36,834 nt of DNA from Gemmatimonadales bacterium (GTDB lineage Bacteria > Gemmatimonadota > Gemmatimonadetes > Gemmatimonadales > GWC2-71-9), in assembly GCA_050732955.1 (NCBI GenBank), contig JBOHRY010000387.1, forward strand, positions 1 through 36,834, read 5' to 3'. The notes under the pieces are model-generated. The model saw only the letters and a list, made by a program, of their open reading frames with translations. It did not search any database and was not told the DNA's origin. The position numbers and the translations under genes were made by a program. Each line of letters opens with the position of its first letter. Position 1 is the first letter of the stretch. Of this stretch, positions 34,358-36,834 are shown in pieces.

Positions 34358-35211
34358 TCGGAGGGCTGCTCATTGACAAGCCGGCCGGATGGACGTCGCA
34401 CGATGTCGTCGCGGTTGTCCGTCGGCAGCTCGGCACCCGCGAAGTCGGTCACGCCGGGACGCTCGACCCGTTCGCCACGGGATTGCTCGTGGTGCTGGTG
34501 GGCCGGGCGACTCGACTCTCCCGCTTTGTGGAGGCGATGCCCAAACAGTACCGGGCAGTGGTCCGCTTCGGTCGAGTGACCGACACGCATGATCCCACCG
34601 GCGTGGTGACCGCGGAGCAATTGCCGGAACACTGGCCTGAACGAGCGGACCTGGCGGAACTGTTGTCAAGATTCCTCGGCAAGCAGGAGCAACGGCCACC
34701 GGCGTACTCGGCGAAGCACGTCAATTGCACCAGGGCGCATACGCTGGCCCGTCGCGGTGAGGTGCTCGACCTGCCCGAGGTACCGGTCGAAATCCATCGT
34801 CTGGAGATCATGGACTGGAGCCCGCCGGACCTGACACTGGACGCGACCGTGGGGCGAGGCACGTATCTCCGGGCTCTGGCGCGTGATCTGGGCGCGACCG
34901 CTGGAATCCCGGCGCACTGTGCAGCGTTGCGGCGGACAGCGATCGGGCCGTTCACTGCGGACGATGCAGTTGCGCCGCTCGACGCCGGTGCGGAACGTCT
35001 GCAACTTCCGGCGGCGATGGTGCCGATGCTCGTCTCGGAGACGGTGAATCCCGAAGGTGCGCGTGAGCTCGGCTTCGGGCGGCGAGTGGCACAGCAGCGC
35101 GCGCACGAAGGCAATGGATCGCTCCTGGCCGGGGACGGCAGGTTGCTCGCGATCGCCGAAGGTCGCGGCGGCTGGTGGCATCCGGTGGTGGTGCTGGAGC
35201 CGGCATCGTGA
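34354..35211 (+). CDS. truB: tRNA pseudouridine(55) synthase TruB, called with a non-canonical CTG start (the first canonical start codon is TTG at 34483)
   Basis: In-frame translation from 34354 gives [55 protein letters not shown]. This includes the KP.G.TSHD motif and the catalytic-Asp motif GTLDP, both upstream of 34483. GGAGG ends 7 nt before the CTG, which overlaps the rbfA stop as CTGA. Confidence 0.9.
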   Translation: [285 protein letters not shown]

Positions 35212-36143
35212 GCCGTGCGGCAGGAAACGTGGTGACCGTCGGCACGTTCGACGGCGTGCATTGGGGCCACCATGCGGTGCTGGAGGCCGCGGCGCGGCGA
35301 GCGGATCGATCGGGGTACGGCAGCATGCTGGTCACCTTCGAACCGCATCCGCTCGAAGTCGTGAATCCGGCGGCGGCGCCGCCGAGGCTCACCACCGCGG
35401 TGGAGCGCCTCGAGGCGATCGCGACGAGCTCGCTCGGCAGGATGCTGGTCCTGCATTTCGACCGTACCGTGGCGGCGAAATCGCCGCAGGAGTTCGTGGA
35501 TCAGGTGCTGCTCGGCCGCTGCGCGATGCGTGAGCTGGTGATCGGCCACGACCATGGATTCGGACGCGGGCGAAGTGGTGATGCGGCGACCCTCCAGGAA
35601 CTGGGGCGGGCGCGCGGCTTTCCGGTCGAGGTCGTCGACCGGGTGACGCGGGATGGTGTGCCGGTGTCGAGCACGGCGATCCGGCGTGCGATTGCCGGTG
35701 GTGATTTCGTGACGGCGGCGAGGCAGCTTGGGCGGCGGTATTCGCTCAGTGGCGTGGTCCAGCGCGGTGAGCATCGCGGGCATCAGATCGGATTCCCGAC
35801 CGTGAATCTCGCCGTGCCGGCACGGAAACTCCTGCCGCCCGACGGCGTGTACACCGCGGTGGTTGAAACACCGGCGGGACGGTTTGGCGCCATGATGAAT
35901 CAGGGGCACCGACCGACGTTCGATGACGGCCGCCAGCTCGTCGAAGCGCACTTGTTCGACTTCGACGGCGACCTGTACGACCGCTGGGTGCGGATCGAGT
36001 GGATCGCGTCCCTGCGTGAGATTCGCCGCTTCGATGGCGTGGTGGCGCTCCGGCAACAGCTGGAAGACGATCGCCTGCATGCCCTGGCCATACTGGCCGG
36101 GGCGCGCCTGGACCCCGACGCGCCGTTCGCGGCGCCCGAGTAA
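35208..36143 (+). CDS. ribF: Bifunctional riboflavin kinase / FMN adenylyltransferase
   Basis: GTG at 35208 overlaps the truB stop (GTGA). VTVGTFDGVHWGHHAVL and SSTAIRRAI come from the FAD synthetase domain. GVVQRGEHRGHQIGFPTVNL...EAHLFDFDGDLYD comes from the riboflavin kinase domain. Confidence 0.93.
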   Translation: MSRAAGNVVTVGTFDGVHWGHHAVLEAAARRADRSGYGSMLVTFEPHPLEVVNPAAAPPRLTTAVERLEAIATSSLGRMLVLHFDRTVAAKSPQEFVDQVLLGRCAMRELVIGHDHGFGRGRSGDAATLQELGRARGFPVEVVDRVTRDGVPVSSTAIRRAIAGGDFVTAARQLGRRYSLSGVVQRGEHRGHQIGFPTVNLAVPARKLLPPDGVYTAVVETPAGRFGAMMNQGHRPTFDDGRQLVEAHLFDFDGDLYDRWVRIEWIASLREIRRFDGVVALRQQLEDDRLHALAILAGARLDPDAPFAAPE

Positions 36144-36145
36144 CG

Positions 36146-36834
36146 ATGCTATCAACGATTCGCAGTCGCATGATTCTCATCGGCGTGATGATCCTGGCGT
36201 CGATCATCTATCTCATTCCGCGCAACGAGACCGTTCGCGAACGGGATGCCAAGGGCATCATGCAGGATGTCGTCACCAAGCGCGTGCCGATCCGGTACGG
36301 CCTCGATCTGCAGGGCGGCATGCATCTGGCATTGGGGCTGGATACCAGCGCCAAGAAGGTCGCCGATCCTGCCGGCGCGATCGATCTCGCGCTCACGGTG
36401 CTGCGGAAGCGTATCGACGAGTTCGGCGTCAGCGAACCGCTGATCCAGAAGGTCGGCAGCGACCAGATCGTGGTTGAGCTGCCTGGGCTGACCGATCCCG
36501 AGCGCGCCAAGCGAGTCGTCGAGAGTCAGGCGTTCCTCGAGTTCCGGCTCACTGACAAGTCGGGGGCCCTCGACGCGGCGATTCCGCAGATGGATCGCGC
36601 CTTGGCGCGACTGGGCGTCAAGAGCACCGGCCCCGCGCCAACGCCCAATGCCGTGTCCGCACTCCTGACCGGTGATACCACCAAGAAATCGGCAACAGAC
36701 ACCAGCAAGGCCGCGACCGACACGGTCGGAGCCTCGGTGCTCGCCGGACTGATTCATCCGGCGTCCGATTTCGGCATGTCGCCGATGCCTGGCGAATACG
36801 CCGTTCTCGAGACCGCCTACCCGCGAGTCGACTC
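36146..36834 (+). CDS. secD: Protein translocase subunit SecD, 3'-truncated by the window edge
   Basis: My own translation from ATG 36146 is open to the window end; the ORF is not in the supplied track because it has no stop. MLSTIRSRMILIGVMILASIIYLIP is the TM1 helix. Then YGLDLQGGMHLALG, LRKRIDEFGVSEPLIQKVGSDQIVVELPGLTDPERAKRVVESQAFLEFRL. Confidence 0.88.
   Translation, partial: MLSTIRSRMILIGVMILASIIYLIPRNETVRERDAKGIMQDVVTKRVPIRYGLDLQGGMHLALGLDTSAKKVADPAGAIDLALTVLRKRIDEFGVSEPLIQKVGSDQIVVELPGLTDPERAKRVVESQAFLEFRLTDKSGALDAAIPQMDRALARLGVKSTGPAPTPNAVSALLTGDTTKKSATDTSKAATDTVGASVLAGLIHPASDFGMSPMPGEYAVLETAYPRVD

Overview
GC-rich, very densely coding bacterial chromosomal window. Intergenic gaps are almost all under 200 bp, and I found no rRNA, tRNA, CRISPR array, transposase, integrase or obvious island boundary. 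Gene content and protein architectures point to a Gemmatimonadota/Acidobacteriota-like organism; the main clues are the PadR plus duplicated FtsX-type ADOP permease pair and the Ser/Thr kinase with a periplasmic TPR domain. This taxon call is inference only. About 33 CDS are supported, mostly core housekeeping genes. They include groEL (5' partial), serS, uvrD/pcrA, gatCAB, murA, pgeF, nusA-ylxQ-infB-rbfA-truB-ribF and secD (3' partial). Interspersed are accessory genes: PadR/ADOP permease, M28 peptidase, MATE exporter, a Roadblock/LC7-headed sugar-nucleotide operon, an orphan histidine kinase, a Ser/Thr kinase, a PLC-like protein, a serine hydrolase and several small lipoproteins. I do not see a convincing new multi-gene system such as a defence island. 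The points most worth a second look are: (1) truB, and possibly the MATE gene, encode conserved N-terminal residues upstream of any ATG/GTG/TTG, implying a CTG start or an indel. (2) The nusA leader has a sigma70-like promoter followed by an intrinsic-terminator hairpin, and rimP is absent. (3) An orphan Roadblock/LC7 gene heads an operon of two nucleotidyltransferase-like genes and an MBL hydrolase. (4) MurA carries Asp at the fosfomycin-target Cys position. (5) Five consecutive ATGA junctions link an orphan histidine kinase to uvrD-gatCAB and a class V aminotransferase. (6) A perfect AT-rich palindrome lies in front of padR. All product calls come from motif recognition by eye on the supplied translations; no database search was run.
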